This document shows positions 62,231 to 64,000 of a DNA stretch of 64,000 nucleotides, piece after piece. The notes below the pieces were generated by a model that made no database searches, was not told the DNA's origin, and saw nothing but the letters and a program-made list of their open reading frames with translations. The stretch is taken from assembly GCA_026991575.1 (NCBI GenBank), contig JALXBF010000029.1, forward strand, positions 1-64,000, read 5' to 3'. A program made the translations under genes and the position numbers. This DNA is from Planctomycetota bacterium (GTDB lineage: Bacteria > Planctomycetota > Planctomycetia > JALXBF01). Positions within the stretch are counted from its first letter, which is position 1; every line of letters starts with the position of its first letter.

Positions 62231-63247
62231 CTACTTGCGTCCGAGGATCCTGTCCAAAGCGTCCGACGCCTGGTAGATCAACGCCTCAGGCCAGTGCTGG
62301 AATGGGTGGAAATACTCGAACGTCACGTAGCCACGATATCCCACGGCGTCTAGCGCTTCCATGACGGCCGGCCAGTCCGTTGAACCATCCAGCAGGAGCC
62401 GGAATGAATCGAGGTTGAGCACCGGCACGTTCCGGTTGAACTCCTTGAAGTGCACGTTCTTGATTCGCCGGCCAAGGATGCGGATCCAGTCCTCAGGGAA
62501 CTGGTACTCCATGATGTTGCCCGTGTCGAAATGGATCCGGAGCCAGCGGCTCTTGAAGCTGTCCACGAAGCGGACCATGTCCTCGGGGCTGAGCAGGTAG
62601 CCGTTGACGAAGATGTTCTCTACGTTGAGATACACGCGATACTTCTCCGCTTCGGGCAGCAGCGAGCGGATGGCGGCGCGCGCAAGACGGTCGCACTCCT
62701 CATAGGGCATCGGCTCCTGCTCAGGAACCCATGGGATGTACACCGAGCCCGCGATGACCAAGAGGTTCTCCGTGCCTAGCGCCCTGGCAGCACGGATCAT
62801 CTGTCTGGCCAACTCCATGCCCTTGCGCCGCCGCTCGGGATCCTTGCTCGTCAGCGAGTACGGCCAGTACAGAAACGAGCAGACGCCGCTGATCTCGATG
62901 CCGCACCGCCGGGCTAGCTGGCCGATCCGCTTCAGCTCGGGTTCGCCAGCCTCCGGCGAAATGTCCCCTTCTAGGGCGTAGTTCACCTCTACCGCCTCAA
63001 AGCCGGCATCGGCCGCCAGTTCGAAGCATTCCTTCAGCGTCATGCGCTCCGGGTACGGGAACGCCCACAGGTTGATCGATTTCTTCATCGGGTATCGGCG
63101 ACGTGGCCGCCGCTGCCTGCCGCTGCGCGGCCTCGCCCCTGCCGCTTCGGCCCGTGGCAACAGCCCCTGGGCCGCCAGAAAGCTCGGTCCGAACGCTGCA
63201 CAATACGCCATCAGTTCACGACGGGAAAGATCACCTGCTCGGGGCAT
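62231..63247 (-). CDS. Tat-exported sugar phosphate isomerase/epimerase (xylose isomerase-like TIM barrel)
   Basis: LSRRELM twin-Arg signal; AGFEAVE, NVEN, FDTGN, VHFKE, GYRGYVTFEY. Confidence 0.88.
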   Translation of the reverse strand: MPRAGDLSRRELMAYCAAFGPSFLAAQGLLPRAEAAGARPRSGRQRRPRRRYPMKKSINLWAFPYPERMTLKECFELAADAGFEAVEVNYALEGDISPEAGEPELKRIGQLARRCGIEISGVCSFLYWPYSLTSKDPERRRKGMELARQMIRAARALGTENLLVIAGSVYIPWVPEQEPMPYEECDRLARAAIRSLLPEAEKYRVYLNVENIFVNGYLLSPEDMVRFVDSFKSRWLRIHFDTGNIMEYQFPEDWIRILGRRIKNVHFKEFNRNVPVLNLDSFRLLLDGSTDWPAVMEALDAVGYRGYVTFEYFHPFQHWPEALIYQASDALDRILGRK

Positions 63248-63274
63248 CGCTACTCTGCCTCCGCCCGCTACGGG

Positions 63275-64000
63275 TCAGTACCACTGAAGCCGTTCATCGC
63301 CCGGCTGCAGCCGTCCCGGCGGCCTGACTTCAGAACCCTTGCGGCCGGTGAGGCGATCACCAAGTTCGCGACGGGCCACCTCCGCAGCCGCCATCAACCG
63401 CTTGGCCACGTCCGGGTACCTGTCGATCACGTTCGTCGTTTCGCCGACGTCGTTCTTCAGGTCGAAAAGCGATAGCTCAATCTCACGCACTTCATACGGC
63501 ACCGGCTTGCCGCCCTTGCCCCCAGGGCGTCCGCCAAGCGTGCGATAGCGGTGCGGGAAGTGCAGCTTCCATCTGCGGTCGCGGATGGCCTGTAACTCGC
63601 CATTCGCGTAATAACAGTAGAACGCTTCGTGGGGCGACAGCGCACCGTCCTGGAACATAAGCGGTCGGATGTCCTTGCCGTCGATCTTACGCGGCGGCAG
63701 CTCCGCACCGATCAACGCCGCGACCGTCGGCAGAACATCGATCGTGCTGGCCAGTTCGTCGCACCGCGTGCCCGCCGGGATACGCCCCGGCCACCAGAAG
63801 ATCGTGGGTACGCGTATCCCCCCCTCGAACGTCGTCCCCTTCCCCTCCCGCAGCGGTCCGGCTGAGCCGGCATGTTCACCGTAACTGAGCCAGGGACCGT
63901 TGTCCGAGCTGAAGATGACCAGCGTGTGACGGTCCAGCCCCAACCGCCGGAGCGTATCGAGGATCTTGCCCACCGACCAGTCAACCTCCATGACAACATC
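63275..64000 (-). CDS. Arylsulfatase-family sulfatase, C-terminal part (5' end outside the window)
   Basis: [50 protein letters not shown]. Confidence 0.92.
   Translation of the reverse strand, partial: DVVMEVDWSVGKILDTLRRLGLDRHTLVIFSSDNGPWLSYGEHAGSAGPLREGKGTTFEGGIRVPTIFWWPGRIPAGTRCDELASTIDVLPTVAALIGAELPPRKIDGKDIRPLMFQDGALSPHEAFYCYYANGELQAIRDRRWKLHFPHRYRTLGGRPGGKGGKPVPYEVREIELSLFDLKNDVGETTNVIDRYPDVAKRLMAAAEVARRELGDRLTGRKGSEVRPPGRLQPGDERLQWY

Overview
This is a GC-rich bacterial chromosome segment, very likely from Planctomycetota. The evidence is two giant exported proteins with the planctomycete RRLxxExLExRxLL N-terminal motif, a DUF3467 protein, a PQQ-like propeller, a sulfatase and several FHA/Ser-Thr kinase genes. 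Most of the window is housekeeping or metabolic: mutY, gltB with a LysR gene, leuA, dtd, accA, rnhA, hemD, trpE, mcsA-mcsB, ogt and tRNA-Arg(ACG). The standout accessory locus (1380-7283, minus strand) runs FeeM-type N-acyl amino acid synthase, DevBCA-like ABC exporter, stand-alone ThiF adenylase, PEP-CTERM protein, with a second FeeM paralog 2.3 kb away. It is a candidate pathway for making, activating and exporting an N-acyl amino acid or oxazolone lipid linked to PEP-CTERM surface sorting. Signals absent from the ORF track include a complete leucine attenuator upstream of leuA, a CRISPR-like repeat-spacer-repeat with an adjacent anti-repeat after dtd, a candidate ~175-nt structured RNA between ogt and tRNA-Arg, and a LysR operator overlapping its own promoter. 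Other notable genes are a subtilase plus FG-GAP operon with shared lectin-like tails, an exported MBL-dehydrogenase fusion, a DegP/pseudo-protease pair and a Zn-ribbon/glycine-zipper protein. No integrase, transposase or cas gene was seen. All calls come from motif recognition by eye; no database searches were run.
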